Positions 12,340 to 25,515 are shown, counted from the first letter of the whole stretch. The stretch is DNA of 63,115 nt, filler included, from Olpidium bornovanus S191 (GCA_017911155.1; 23 parts of 23 records of this genome joined end to end with filler, not necessarily neighbours in it); one strand, 5' to 3'. Program-made: numbers and translations. Notes: generated from the sequence alone by a model not told the origin.

Positions 12340-12374
<35 letters not shown>

Positions 12375-12824
12375 GGACACGGCGGGACGCGGCGGACAAC
12401 GCCGCGTTCGCGCGTGCGGCAGGCGGGATGCGGTGACCGGCGCGAACGGCGAAAAACGCGCGCGCGACGGAAACGTGTGGCGGCCCGGGAAGTGCGGACT
12501 GTGTTGGCTTTGCTTCCGGCGTTTCTCAAAACGGCCGGAACGGGCGCAAGTGCGAACGGGACCCACGAGCAATTTGGACGGAGCACGCCCGCAGCCGCGT
12601 GCAAGGCAGAAACCACACACAATCCCCGGCAAACTCGTTGACGTTACCGGTGGAACAAGACAACCCACTGTTACGGCATCTGGTAACGGTCAATGCTTTG
12701 TCAACCTTGGGCTTCAGTGAATGGTTTCGCTGACCATCTATTCACCAAACACCCGTGGGCATGTAACTGACAAAGTTGTTACTGAACAAGCGACACTTAC
12801 TGCCGGTGTACCAGCCTGGGAATA

Positions 12825-13060
12825 AGGACCTTTCGTGTCAGGATTCAATCACCCTATCCATTGCCAGTTCCTGGTGGCTAATGCATTCACAAGCCTCTTC
12901 AGTCCTGGATCGTGAAATGACAGGGAAGCCGAACCGTCGACAGTACGTCACCAATCCTATCGTCTAACACGCACTGCATAAACGCAATATCCTGTACCGC
13001 GTTTGTTGGGAGGGTTCCACTCTGGATGACGATACATAGATACCCGTAACGCCTTTCACA
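12825..13060 (+). pseudogene. Decayed Ty3/gypsy (chromovirus-like) integrase C-terminus
   Basis: GPF-like start, an LSIASSWWLMH segment, and a chromodomain-like ILYRVCWEGSTLDDDT*IP with stops. Confidence 0.45.
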
Positions 13061-14325
13061 ACGCCTGACGATCATCGCCACTGCTGGGCCGTGGGGAAAC
13101 GCCAGGACGCAGAATAACATTTAACCTTCGAGCCTTTCGCTGACATGCCTCGAACGGCCGACGAGGCCACCGTTCGTCAAAAATCCGCACATCGTTTCGC
13201 GTGTGCCCATACGCGCCGGCTGCCACAAAGAAATAAAGGTGACCCGAGACCAAAAACGGAATTTCAGAACTCAAGACGAAATCCTAACTACGAGGATAGG
13301 ATTCCAGTGTGTAGGAATATCAGTGAGGAACTGCTAAGGTTTACCCCCCCTTAACGCGTTGCCGCCTGTACGCGTTGAGGACCCCACCTCAAAAATTTTA
13401 TTGGTCCCGCTCGCCTTTGTGTAAAAGAAAAACCGATAACCGCGGGAAGCGAGACTGCCGAGATACATATACCGCCATCATTACCCTCCAAACATCAAGT
13501 CATTTTCCAATAATAGAAGTGAGGCCTTCGAGTGTCTTTGTCTATCGGAAACAAAGGCCGTAGACCAGAGAGCAGTAGAGGACAGGCAACGTGGGCCGTC
13601 TGAGCACCGTCCGGGAAGAAGCGAAGAGAAGGGGACGCGCTGACACGTTAAAGTAAATCAAACGTTTACATAGTCAAAATCACCCACAGGCGTGCCACCC
13701 AAAGTAGCAATCAGAACTCAGCGCACGACAAAAATCGCTTGTGGCATCCGTAGAGCACCCTTCCCGTTCCCCAACGGCTGAAAAAGAAAAGCCGCCGAGG
13801 CCGTTTGAAGCATTAAAAAATGGAGAGAGATGGGACACGCCGCCGAGGCGCACTCAAGCAGAGGAGGAGTTTTCTTTATTCTGGGAAACACGTTACGCCC
13901 ATGGTTTCCCCCCCCTTCCCCGCTCCCCACCAGCCTGCGGCAGGGTCAGTGGCCGTCTCCAAAAGTTAAAACGGCAAAACCGCCGAGAACTCTCCAAAAT
14001 CATAGAAAAGAAAGGGAGAAAGAAACGCTGCTGTCGGCCCCTTTTCGGCCACCAAATTAAGGACACACTTGCATTCGACCGTAGCACCCCAGTGGTCGCC
14101 ACAAAGAACTGCCCATTTCTCGGCCGAACTGCGTTTCTGCCTGCACCGGGGAACCCCGCGCCGTCACCGTAAACTTCCCACGGTCGTAGAGAACCCCGCG
14201 GAGTGACTTTCCCGTGCCGTAGATCTAGCGAGAGCAAAAACGCGTTCGGAGAGCGGCGAGAGGAGTTCGGAAAAATTTTTGCGATTTTTAAAAGGAAATT
14301 GTGAAGACGATCGAAAGAAGAAGAA

Positions 14326-14368
<43 letters not shown>

Positions 14369-14535
14369 CGGACAAAAAACCGAGGGAAATTTTAAAAAAT
14401 TGGATTTGGGGTTATAGGACAGCACCCCTTAATGGNNNNNNNNNNNNNNNNNNNNNNNNNNNNNNNNNNNNNNNNNNNNTTAATTAATTAANNNNNNNNN
14501 NNNNNNNNNNNNNNNNNNNNNNNNNNNNNNNNNNN

Positions 14536-15460
14536 AAAATTGCACTGGGTAGAAGGGAATTTCCGAAAACGAGCAAGGCGAGGAAGTGCTAAGTGTAAGA
14601 TCAGGTTTCGGCGGTAACGCCGCCGAGAGGAAGCAAAAAATAAAAAAAACGGCATGTCCAGAGCTGCCCGCGCCCACCAAAATTTCAGCCGGTCCATTCC
14701 TCCAGGCAGCACTGCTTACCCGACGAACTTGTACCCGCTGTACGCGATGAGATCGAGTAGCTGCACTTCAGTGCTGATGTTGAGCAGGTAACAACCGAGC
14801 TTGAGCAGAAGCACCTCGAAGAACATGATCGCCAAGGCGGTGCTGGCGGCTCCGCCAAGCACTTCAGGAGTGAATCTATGGAGTTCGGTCGCACAACGGC
14901 AGGGGGGGGAAAGAATCCGGTAATCTCAGTTCTCTTCCCGAAAGGTGGAGCTAATGACCAACTCCTCCAGCCATTCCTCCCAAAAGCGTACTTTGATTTC
15001 TGGCCGAACGCGATGCCGACGAGCAGTACGTATGTCACGAGAGCCATAACTGCCGCAAAGGGGTTTGGCGCGCAGGAGCAACGGAAGAAATCGCCCGGCA
15101 CCTTCAGCAACTTCCGAGCAATAAACCGAAAGACGCCGGTCGGAACCCTTGAAAAATTACCTGGTACGTACAGATCTGGGGAGTTAATATCCTCCCGTGG
15201 CGGCTTGTACGCCTCCACGCGTCCGTCCAACTCGGACCGCACCACCGCGCGAGCCCACGACTTCCCCCGGGGGATCCAAATGTTAACACGCTGAGTGCGT
15301 CCGCGGGCGCGATCTTACGGGGCCCGGCAAAGTAGCACGCGGCGTACTACCCCGGTACCCGACGGACGTCTCACCTGGTGTCGCCACGGAAAGAGCAGCA
15401 GCCCGACTTTTCGGATAACGTACGAGTTGTTGACGTTAAAGTAGTGTTTCAGAGCGGGGA
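14536..15460 (-). CDS. YIF1: YIF1/Hrf1 (Yip1-interacting factor), partial, multi-exon
   Basis: KHYFNVNNSYVIRKVGLLLFPWRH, PPREDINSPDLY, MALVTYVLLVGIAFG, FTPEVLGGAAS...LLDLIAYSGYKFVG. Confidence 0.9.
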
Positions 15461-15642
15461 GGTTGACGTATCGGTTGATCTGGCGGCGGGGCCTTCCGCC
15501 CCCCTCCCCCCAAAAAGCCCCACGGGAGGGGGAAAAAAAAANNNNNNNNNNNNNNNNNNNNNNNNNNNNNNNNNNNNNNNNNNNNTTAATTAATTAANNN
15601 NNNNNNNNNNNNNNNNNNNNNNNNNNNNNNNNNNNNNNNNNC

Positions 15643-15708
15643 ATGATCAAGGCGTTCTTCGACCTGATAGCGGAGCTGGACCCGGACGTCGTGACGGGAT
15701 ACAACATC
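15643..15708 (+). other. Fragment of family-B DNA polymerase 3'-5' exonuclease domain
   Basis: MIKAFFDLIAELDPDVVTGYNI matches the ExoII motif DPD(I/V)xxGYNI. Similarity stops before the expected FD. Confidence 0.6.
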
Positions 15709-15849
15709 CTGTCGCAACGAGTCAAACACTCTCCACAAGCCCCTGTTTTGTCTGGTCCACGGAGGCCAGAGAGATTCTTACCAAATGTTTTGCCGAACCA
15801 AAAATAGCCTGTTTGCAATTCGCCTAACAACCTATGAGAATCTTGATCA

Positions 15850-17406
15850 GAGAGTCCGTGATATGTTCACGTAAGTGTCGATCATGTAGCACATCCTCTT
15901 CTGTGCTCGAGGCTTTGGACTTGTTCCCCAGGAGCACCCCCTCAAGAGGCCGCAAGCAAAAGTGGCTCGCAGGAAGTGTTTGGAAACATGAACAGGGGTG
16001 ACCTCGAAAAAGAAATTTTGATGGAAATTCCTCCTGGCTTTGAAGCGCCGCGGGGCACGAGTTTGCGACTTTAGAAGCCCTTGTATGCACTCAAACAAGC
16101 CGGACGCGCCTGGTCCTGCAGGCTGCGCACCTTTGGAGCGCATTGGATTTAAACGCTTGGAGGCGGAACATGGCGCGAATGCGCGGCCGGAAGGCGACAG
16201 AGCCGGCACCAGCACCCAGCAAACTTGACTACTCTCGTGGGTTGACGATCTTGTCATCTTTGCCCAAAACCAGCGCACCGCAGACGACATCAAAACGGCG
16301 CTGAGGGACGAGGTTTGGCCTGACGGAGCTCGGCGAGCCCATCCTTTCGTCGGAATTCGCATTGCTCGCGATCGGAAGTGCGGCGAAATCCTGCTCGACC
16401 AAGCTGCGTACATTCATGCGTTAGCTGAACGCCACGGCGTCGAGCACGCCAAGCCTACGTACACCCCCGGTACACTCAACAAGAACCAAGACATCACCCG
16501 AGAGAAACCCTTCGACTCCACCAAGTATTGCGCCCTCGTTGGCGCCCTGCTCTTGTGTGGCCATGGCCACCCGGACATCGCGTTCGTCGTTGGATTTCTT
16601 GGACTCCTTCAATCCGGCCCCCGCCGCTCGGACTGGACCGCTGCGCTCCGCGTGTTGAAGTACGCACGACAACTGGAAACTTTGTTTTGCGCATTGGGGT
16701 GGCGGCTCCAATGCGCTAGTCACAGGATTCGTCGACGCCGATTACTTTTTCGCCGAATGCAAGGAAATGTGTTGCTCAACTAGCGGTTACGTTTTTTTGC
16801 CCGGGGGAGGCGCCGTCAGTTGGCGCTGTCGGCGCCAAGAGGTCGTGGCGACCTCGACAACGGAGGCGGAGTACATTGTGCTGGCGAAGGCATCAAAGGA
16901 AGCGATCTGGCTCCGCCAGCTTCCCCGCGGACTGGGCGTCAAGTGCCCATCGGTCCCCGTCCACGAGGACAACAGAAGTGCGTTCTAACTGGCTCAACAT
17001 CCGAACCATCATATCGACGGTGGCACTGCGTGCACGAGTGCGTGAGCGCCGAGAAATCGCTTTGCGTACCGTGGCAACCGAGGCCATGACGGCCGACATT
17101 CTCTCTAAGTGTCTCACGCGAGTCAAGCACGACAAACACGCAGCGGGACTGGGCCTTCTTCGGGCAAGACTCATTTTCTCCTTTGTTCTGTTTCCATCCG
17201 CCACTTTCTGTGTGCTTTGTTCTCTCTCTCTTTCTTTTCTTTCGATCCCCGCTTACCGTCGATGCGGTAACCTTGAGCGAGGGGGAGTGTTATGTGTTAT
17301 GCAGCGAAGCGATAGAAGTAACGTGATTTCCAATCCCTGACCACCTATCTATACTCCGCTCCCGCACTCCGTCGAAATACACGCTCCTCGTGCGCTACTC
17401 ATAACA
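15850..17406 (+). mobile_element. Degenerate Ty1/copia RT-RNase H with 3' LTR
   Basis: GDLEKEILMEIPPGF, LYALKQAGRAW, WVDDLVIF, STSGYVF..GGAVSWRCRRQEVVATSTTEAEY, EDNRSA; PPT GAGGGGGAG ends at 17287. Confidence 0.92.
17288..17406 (+). repeat. 3' LTR, 119 bp
   Basis: Starts TGTTATG directly after the PPT and ends CATAACA, a perfect 7-bp inverted repeat. Confidence 0.8.
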
Positions 17407-17845
17407 CTCTCGTCGTCCCCGTGGGCACGCGAGAGTGCGGACACCGGCTGCGTCCCTTAATCGACCTCGTTCGGATTGCAGGCGGCCAAGCCGCGCCTGT
17501 CGAACCACCCAGCCCGCCAAAAAGCCGAAAGGGCGGGGAACGCCTTCGACCGCGCGACGGTCTCCGCGAAATTTCGGATCGAAGGGGGCTAAAAAAAAAA
17601 CCCCCCGTAATCGAAGCGAATGTATAAATAACAGCTATCTGGGACTAAGAGCGGATAGAACGCGAAAGTATCTGGAAAGTGTGCAAGGAGGGCGGTTTCA
17701 CTTGTTGAAACTGGGGCGGCAACGGCGACAACCATTATACGCAGGGAATCGCGCGCGAGGTCAGTCTCCATAACGGCACCCCGAACCGGGCTCAAGTTAA
17801 CGCCGAGCATTCTCTCAGAGCCCGTTTCCTCGCTCCGCGCTGCAC

Positions 17846-19382
17846 TCACCCAAATCCCTTTTTCTTCTGCTTCTCGGGCGTCGCGGGCCTGCCGCCACCC
17901 TCAAGGCGGCGCTTCTTTTCCTCGAGGTCTGCCCGTTGCCTCTCCAGGGCCTCCTTCATCTCCTTGTGCCGGGCGTACAGCTCCTCCTCGCTTTGCTTAA
18001 GCTTGGCCTCCTTTTCCTGCACCTTCTGCTGAAACACCATCTTCATCTCTGCCTCCATCTTGGCCATCTTCGCGTCGTGGGCAGCCCGCTCCTCCTCCAT
18101 CCGGCTGTTCTGGCTATTCCACGTAACGATCGTCGAACCGATTGATGTCAGGGTTTTGCGACGGGACCGGAGAAAACATCGAGCAATACAGATAGTACTG
18201 GGGGATCAAGGAGCAATTGCACGTACTTGACGTTCTTCGAGACATCCCACCCCGAAATTCCCAGGGCTTCTAGCTTCTCCGTGCGGTAGTTTTCGTACAA
18301 AGTCTCTTTGGTATACTCTTTCAACTCCTCCATGTGAGTTCGGACGAGCATGGAGCGCAACTTGACAAAATCGCAGTGGTCCTCATTATCCACCTCGATG
18401 ACGCCCCATGGGTACTTCCGACCTCGTACAACTCGTCCCGTCGCCGGGTTTTCTACCTCCTTGTCACTGGCGACAATGGCAAAAGGAATTTTGGACTTGG
18501 TATCCATTACATATCGTTCGCGGGAACATGGAGAGAGGAGGGGTAGGGTGGAGGTGGGTGGGGGGGGAACTCGTTAGTAGCCTTCAAAACGTCCCAGAGC
18601 CTTGCGAGGGACACTCGCAGTACCATGATGTCCTTGTTCTCGGCAAGTGTCTCTGGATCATCGAACTCGTTGGTGACAGGCGAGAAGATCCTGATGTTGT
18701 GAAACGCGATCTCCTCTAGAATGCGCTCTTTGTACGCCTTGATCTCGCTGTCGGTCAGGGTGTCGGCCTTCGCGATGACGGGTATGAGGTTCACGCGGGT
18801 GTGCATCCGAGACATGAACTCGACGTCGATGGGCTTCAGGGCATGTCCCGTCGGCGAGATGAAGTAGATGCACGCGTGGACGCGATCGTCGACGATATTG
18901 GAACGGTTCACGCGGTTTTCCTGCTCGAGGTAGGCGTCGAACCGGGACTCGATGTTCTCCTGGATGGGCTTCCACGAGTCTTCGAGGTTCACAAAATCGC
19001 CGAAGCCCGGCGTGTCGATCACCGTCAATCTCAGCTTGACGTTGCCTTCCACTATTTCCGCGGGGATTGCCCGGATCGTCAGAGTCGCCTGCGGCTCCTC
19101 GAATTGGGGAACGTCCTCCTCTGGCGGGTACAGCTGGCTGTTGAAGAGGCAGTTCACGAGGGTTGACTTTCCCAGTCCCGATTCACCTAGAGCCGGATCG
19201 TCCACGGAAGATCGATAAGATGAAGTGCGGTAAACCGCGGTCCTGGCGCGTGCGTTTTTTTTTTTTTTTTTTTTCCGTTTCGCGCTCCTACCAACGATCA
19301 TGAGAGTGAAATGAAATCCGCTTTTCACTGACTTCCGGTGAGCTTGGTTCGGCAGGTTAGCGAAGCCGACATAACCCTGCAC
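17846..19382 (-). CDS. CDC3: Septin, Cdc3/SEPT7 group, multi-exon (5' end uncertain)
   Basis: GYVGFANLPNQ, GESGLGKST P-loop, DTPGFGD, AKADTLT, GRKYPWG, HCDFVKLRSML and C-terminal coiled coil KMAKMEAEMKMVFQQKVQEKEAKLKQSEEELYARH. Confidence 0.95.
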
Positions 19383-19661
19383 GTTCTTGACCTGCGCCTG
19401 CGACGGACGTCGGGCGGCGTGGAATCAGCAGTCCACCGTCTCTTTGGAACAGCCCAAGATCGCAAACGAACAAATGAACGCTTTTTTTCTTTTTCGTTTA
19501 TAACTATTATTTTCTGTTCTTTCTTTTCTGGCGCGAACCTTTGGTTTGTAATCTGCTTTTGCGATTTCCCGCGCGGCGAAAAGGCGTTAGAAAAGTCGAA
19601 AAACGACGGCAGAGCGCGGAACGCCGACAGCGCCGTTCCGGCCAGACTGTTGAAAAATTTG

Positions 19662-19695
<34 letters not shown>

Positions 19696-20404
19696 GCATT
19701 TTCACGATTTGCTTTCCGCGAAGGGGAACGTGGGTGAAGAAGGCTCGCGCGCGCCTCACTCGGAACAGGGTCCGGCGTACCCGTCATGTTTGGATCCGAG
19801 TTCGAGGTCGCGTCCACGCACGTTTTCCGAAGAGAGTGGAAAGTTCAGAAACGACGCTTGCAGGCGGAGGGCTTGCCGCCGGTGTCTGCGATCTAACGAC
19901 GGGGGACGGTCCTGCGCCGGCGAACCAAGCTCTTCCCGCCGCTAAGCTGAACAAGGGGGTGAGGATGTTGGCCGCTGTTGGTCCCCGAGGGCTTTCTCGC
20001 AGGGAGTTGTGTCGGACGAGGCGGCACACCGGAATCGGGAGAGGCAAACCTTCCCCTCTCGACCAGATCAACAGAGGTCGAGGAGCGCACACTTTCCGCT
20101 GCTGCACTGTTCGCATGTGCGCACCTGCTGGGATATGCCAACAGTTGCGTCCCCTGTAAGGTGGTATTATTTGAGTCGCAGACACGCCCGTCTCCCCTCT
20201 CCCCTGCCCCCACAAAGTTCACAGGAATTGTGCAAAACCGGCGTATCCCACGCCCTGGATGTTTTCACCATGCCTTGAATTGTATCCGTCCGGCAAGATA
20301 CAACCCGAGGTCTTTGCACTCTAAATCGTGGTTCACCTCATGAGAACCGCGGCGAAGTCGTTCGACTTCCATATGCGAACCCCCCCCCCCCGATGCTATG
20401 TACC

Positions 20405-22309
20405 CTATGGAGAATAAGAAGTGTGAGATTGCGGCGGCCAACCGCGGAAAACACCGCCTCGCCGGGGGCTCGTTGACCGCGATTGCCGCGTGACCTGACT
20501 GTGGTGGTGGGCGTCCAAAATTTTCTTTTTCTCCTGAAAGGAAAGCGCTCGTGCGGCCTCGCTGGCCGATGGGAGAATCTGTTCAGTGAACTGGCTCCTG
20601 GAGCGCAGGGACTTGTAGATGTGCACGTGGACGCCTTGATGCTGGTGAAGTGCAGAAGCCCTCCGTGAGCCGCCCCTTTCCGGGCATCCTTCGCCAAGCT
20701 GTTGGCGTTGGTTCGGTTGGGTGACGTCCTCGTCGATGGCGGACTTCGACTGCGAGCGTCGGCGAGATCTCCCCAGGCCAGGACGCTCCATTTCGTCTAA
20801 CCGCTTCGTGTAGTCCTCGCGCTTAGCTCCTTCCGTTCCTTCATCGCCTTCCTTCGCGCCCTTGAGTCTGCTGCGTTCCTCGCTGCCCCCGGACAGGGCA
20901 GAGATCGCCAGGCGAGCAGCCGCAGGCCGTACCAGCGGGTCGCCTGGGCTACCCACTTTCGTGGAGGAAGTCGATGCGGCTTTGCACGCTGCGATGGATT
21001 GGAACTCCGACAGCTTCCGTAGCGGTGGTCCGGCCTTGCTTTTCCACGTGTCGCCTGGGTCGAAGTTGTCTGGCCGGCGGTGAAAGTGTTCGCCGCGGAA
21101 CAGTATATCCAGCTCGTCGCCGATGGCATCCCATTTTGACTTCACTGGGAAGTAGATACGCGCGACGACGTTCGTCAGCTTGTAGATCGCCTTTATTTCG
21201 GTTTGAAAAACCGAATATCGAATATAGCTGATAAGTCGTCGTCCGTTCTCGCGTTCGTCCATAAGTAAACCGCAGCGGAATAAGAAAATGGCCACCTCGA
21301 AACAAGCGCGCTCAACCACGGTGTTCCTCTCTTTCGCCACTCGCACAAGAAGAAGCGAATATCGCATTCCGAGCTCCTTCATGGCCGTTTCCTTTTCTTC
21401 CTGGGAGTTCGACGCCGAGTTAGCCGCCTCGAACACTTTGGTACTGTTAGCCCAGAATGGGTTATCAAAAGAGTGAGACGTCGCAGAGGACGAGAGGGTA
21501 ACACCTGGCTCTTTCCGGAGCAGCGTCGTGACTGCAGTTGTCCTACGCACCCTGGAAACTTAGTTTCGCCCATACGCTTATGCTTCCATTCTTCGACTTC
21601 GAGGTGACGGAGGAAACAGCCGATGTATTTCATTGCTCTATCGAGGTAGGCGTTGAGCTCCGCGGAATGAAAGATTGTATTGAACAGTCGGGTGGCATTG
21701 ATGCGTATTTTGGTCCGCGCAATCTCTAAATCCAGTCGCCCGAAGCAGAGTGGCACGCTTTATCCGTTGGGGTAACCGAAAAAAGCACGTCCCAGCGTAG
21801 GGGTCCAGCAAACCGCAACGGCAACTCATACCTTTCGCTCGAAGGAGCTTTGATTCGTCCCTGCAGGTTCCGGAAGCCGCGGTCCCTGCCATCTGGGGCG
21901 ATCCAGAAGTCGCGGTATCGTCACCGACGGGAGCCTCGGAGACACTCCGTTGTCCTCTGGAGAACACGGCGCGCACGGCAGAGTCCCTCTCTCGGCACCG
22001 CGCGATCCTGCTGTTGTCCTGGAGAATCCTAACACCCTGAAGAAGGTCTTTTGGTATGGTCGTGGGAGGCAAAGAATCCGTGGCCGATATGCCCGCGGCG
22101 TGACCCGACGACGCTCCCGTAGCGCGGCGGAGCGAGGGGGGCGCCGGCGGTCCGGATGGAAGAGCGGGGGGCGGGCCCAGCAGACACAGGGACGGTGCGA
22201 GCTCCTGCTGCTGCTGCGGCGTCGTATTCACAAATGCGGCGGACATTCCGCCCGCGCGGTCCGGGGTCTTGGGCGGCTGCAGGAGCGGGAGTACAAACGT
22301 CGGAGGCAT
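20405..22309 (-). CDS. PPP1R36-like protein (putative), multi-exon
   Basis: From recall of the family pattern: YLDRAMKYIGCFLRHLEVEE...KELGMRYSLLL...ERACFE|AIYKLTNVVARIYF...AIGDELDILFRGEHF. This resembles PPP1R36 LAQKYCILIL...FFESFY...EIEEEVGRLFR. GT-AG sites support the splicing. Confidence 0.5.
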
Positions 22310-24684
22310 GGAGCCAGGGAGCGATCCGACCGCGATCCGACCGCGATCCGACCGCGACTGCGTCTTGTTCTCAGCGGAGGGGAGGCCCCTGCCGCAGACT
22401 TCGGTCGGGTTGCTCCGGGAAGCCCCCCGCGTTTACCCTTTCCCGGGACTCGTCCGCTTGCTTCTGAGTCGTTTTGCTGTCGAGGGGGATGAGCGAGAGA
22501 GCGGCAAGGCTTGGTCGCACTGACTCGCAAAGGCACGACGGATGGACGGCCTCTTTTTCTCTCTCACACACACACTCTCTCACTCTCTCTCGCTCTCGTC
22601 CGCCTGCCGCCTCCGACAGTGAGCAGCAGCGGCCGGACGCTTTTCCTCGAATGCAGTGCCGCCGGCCGTCTCTTTTCTCTGGGCAGCGGCACGTTTGGCC
22701 CCCCGCGGAAGCCCCGGTTTTCCCCGCACCGAAAAATCCGCACGAGGGAAAAGGGATCCGGAACGTACCTTATCAGCTTTGTGCAGCCGAATTTCCTGCC
22801 GGTTGTAAATCCTTTCCTGCCCTCATGCGGACAGGATCCGACGTGCGAAAAAGCTACACGTTTGATGCAGCGGCGCGGCGAAAGCCCGTTGCTCGCGCTT
22901 ATGGCAACTTCCTAGGGAGTGAACGAAAGAGAAAATACACAATCTGAAATATCATGGAAAAAAAGAGCATTTGCGCGTTTTTCCTGCGGATTCCTAGGAC
23001 GGTACATCATCAAATCCATAACGCCGCTTCCAGCGTGATTAGTGGCCGAACTGAGCGAGATAAAAAGCGGGTCCGCTGGCTGGGGCAGTGCTTCGATAAG
23101 CTGTCCTCAGTTTTAAGCAAGGGGCCGGTCAAAGCTGCTAGGTTAGAAACAGGAGAAAGAAATCAAATGCAGTGCAGCAAGTAATGCTTTTAACCATGTT
23201 GCATTCTCATTCTCATGCCTCCCTTTTTCGATCCTTTGAGAGTGAACACGCATGTACCACCGCTCCAAGTGCAAGGAGGCTCTGGGCTTTCCCAGCTGAA
23301 TTGGTTTTGTACTTTCTGAGAGGATCCTGACGGATGCTGCGGCAGCGCGGCACCACTTGACGGCAAGTTTGTCACATTTTGATTAGGTAACATACTGTGG
23401 CAAGTGGGTCACGTGCATCACATGATTTGTGAATAAAATGTGGCCGTCACAAGATCATAGTCAAAGATGGGCAGATGCAAAGTGCGTCACCCGGGCACCT
23501 CCTGTTGCCATTGTGGGCCACGTATTTTGACGGAGTGGGAAATTTTGACACCAAGTTCAACCCACATGGAATAGAAAATAATATATACCAGCTTTCTAGG
23601 GATAAATTCATTAATCAGTAATATATTATTCGCAATGAGCATGTCCACTTGCAAAACTAGTAAAGTGGACGCAAAATCGTTTACATTTACATTATGTTTA
23701 TTAACAGTGGTAATTATGTCGTAGACCGATTTACCGTTATGCGGCCTATCCGATTTGGTGATTACACTCCGGGAAACGGAACACGTCGGCAACATAGCGG
23801 AAGGGTTTATCTAAGATAACCGCATTAAACTTCAAAAACGGGAGGAGCTGCGTGGAGAGAAGCGCCAAGACGGGGTACCCTGCTTTACCAGTGGAAAGTT
23901 GAGGAAGGGTCAGGGGTTGTTTTTTCACCACTGTGACGCGGTACATTCCAATGGACACGCGCTGTCGGCAAATGGCCGCAGAAATCCGGTCCAAATTTGG
24001 TACTCCCCGGGACCCGAGGACTGTTGCTCGCGTTCCGCTGTTGCGCGTCGGGTAGTTCTAGTTCAGCGGGCTAAGAAGTTTTGGTACAGAATTCGCCGAC
24101 GGGTATTGTCCCGTTTCCGCGACGGGCGTGCCTCTCTGCTCTTGATCGCGGCCGTCGTTGCCGGCGGCAATCGCTCTGAGACGGGAACGCGTCCTAGAAC
24201 ATAGTCATTATCGATAAAGGGGTTGGCTGCGGCGCTGAGCATTCTATGCGTTACGATTTCCGGTACGCTTTTTGCTACCTGCACGCTTGGCGGTAAAGCG
24301 GAATGAGGTACGCGAGGGGAACGCCGTAGATTTCTGTTTGCGTTCGCGGAGGTGGCAACAGAAAAACGACGGATACCCTTCGGATTCCCGCCATGCNNNN
24401 NNNNNNNNNNNNNNNNNNNNNNNNNNNNNNNNNNNNNNNNTTAATTAATTAANNNNNNNNNNNNNNNNNNNNNNNNNNNNNNNNNNNNNNNNNNNNCATG
24501 TCCCTTCGTTGTTGTCCTTCACAGTCTAACATTCATCGTCAATCAAAGGACGAGCGATGTACTCTGCTGTGCAACTGACGAAAAAAGGCATTAGTGTGGG
24601 GGTTTTTTTTATTTGGCTCCCGGCAGGCGTGGGGGTGTTTTTTTATTTGGCTTCCGGATATTTGTGATCTACGAATTCACAGTT

Positions 24685-25515
24685 CTAATAAGACCATATC
24701 CGTCGAACATCCGGACGTCTGCCCCGAGGTTTGTCCCCGCCGAAGAGAGCCCCGCGGCCGCCGATCGGCAGCGCCGCCCAAAACGGCAGCGCCCGCTTGG
24801 TCCCCGCCCTGGCGATCTCGCGCGCGCACTCGGAGCCGGCCCTGCTGTTCTTCGCGTGGTCCAGCGGCGTCCACCCGTCGGCGTCCTCGGCGCTGACGTC
24901 CGCGCCGGCGGCGATGAGGGCGCGCACGCACTCCAGGCTGCCGAAGGCGGCGGCGTGGTGCAGCGCCGTCCGCCGCTTCTCCAGTGTGAGCGCGTTGATG
25001 TCCGCCGGCCGGACGCCCCGCGGCAGGGCGGGCGAGTCCACCCGCGCGTGGCGCAGGATCGCCGTCACCGCCGCGACGTTGCCCGACTGGGCCGCGCGGT
25101 GCAGCGGGGTGTAGCCGGCTCTGTCGCGCGCCGATGCGGGGTGTTCGGTCGTCAGCTCCGCCCGCTCCGTCGCCGCCGTCTCGGCGGCGTCAATCCCGCC
25201 GAGTAGTCCGTGCCCAAGACGGGCGTCCCACGACGAGGTTTGGACGGTGAAGGCTCTCCGGAGCGATGGGGCCGGGGCGCCGGCAATCGTCGGAGACCGT
25301 GACAGCCGCGGCGACTTTTTGCAGCACCCCCAAGCCGCCCGGTTCAGAATGATCTGGAAAACCTCCGAGCTCCAGAGTGAAGAAAGGTGAAGCGGCGTTT
25401 GGCCGTGCAAGTCGACCGCCGACGGGTCAGCCCCGCTGTTTAGCAGAATCTGAACGATTTCGACCGCTGAAGGGTGGTCCTTGGTTGACGCTTCCTTGAA
25501 CTTCGACTGGCGCAT
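24685..25515 (-). CDS. Ankyrin-repeat protein, 5' partial
   Basis: GADPSAVDLHGQTPLH, DRAGYTPLHRAAQSG, RTALHHAAAFGSLECVRALIAAGADVSAEDADGWTPLDHA. Confidence 0.92.
   Translation of the reverse strand: MRQSKFKEASTKDHPSAVEIVQILLNSGADPSAVDLHGQTPLHLSSLWSSEVFQIILNRAAWGCCKKSPRLSRSPTIAGAPAPSLRRAFTVQTSSWDARLGHGLLGGIDAAETAATERAELTTEHPASARDRAGYTPLHRAAQSGNVAAVTAILRHARVDSPALPRGVRPADINALTLEKRRTALHHAAAFGSLECVRALIAAGADVSAEDADGWTPLDHAKNSRAGSECAREIARAGTKRALPFWAALPIGGRGALFGGDKPRGRRPDVRRIWSY

Noticed and set aside
21538-21729. IEQSGGIDAY, resembling ribosomal bL28
   Set aside because: It lies antisense to a better-supported exon and the rest of bL28 is absent.
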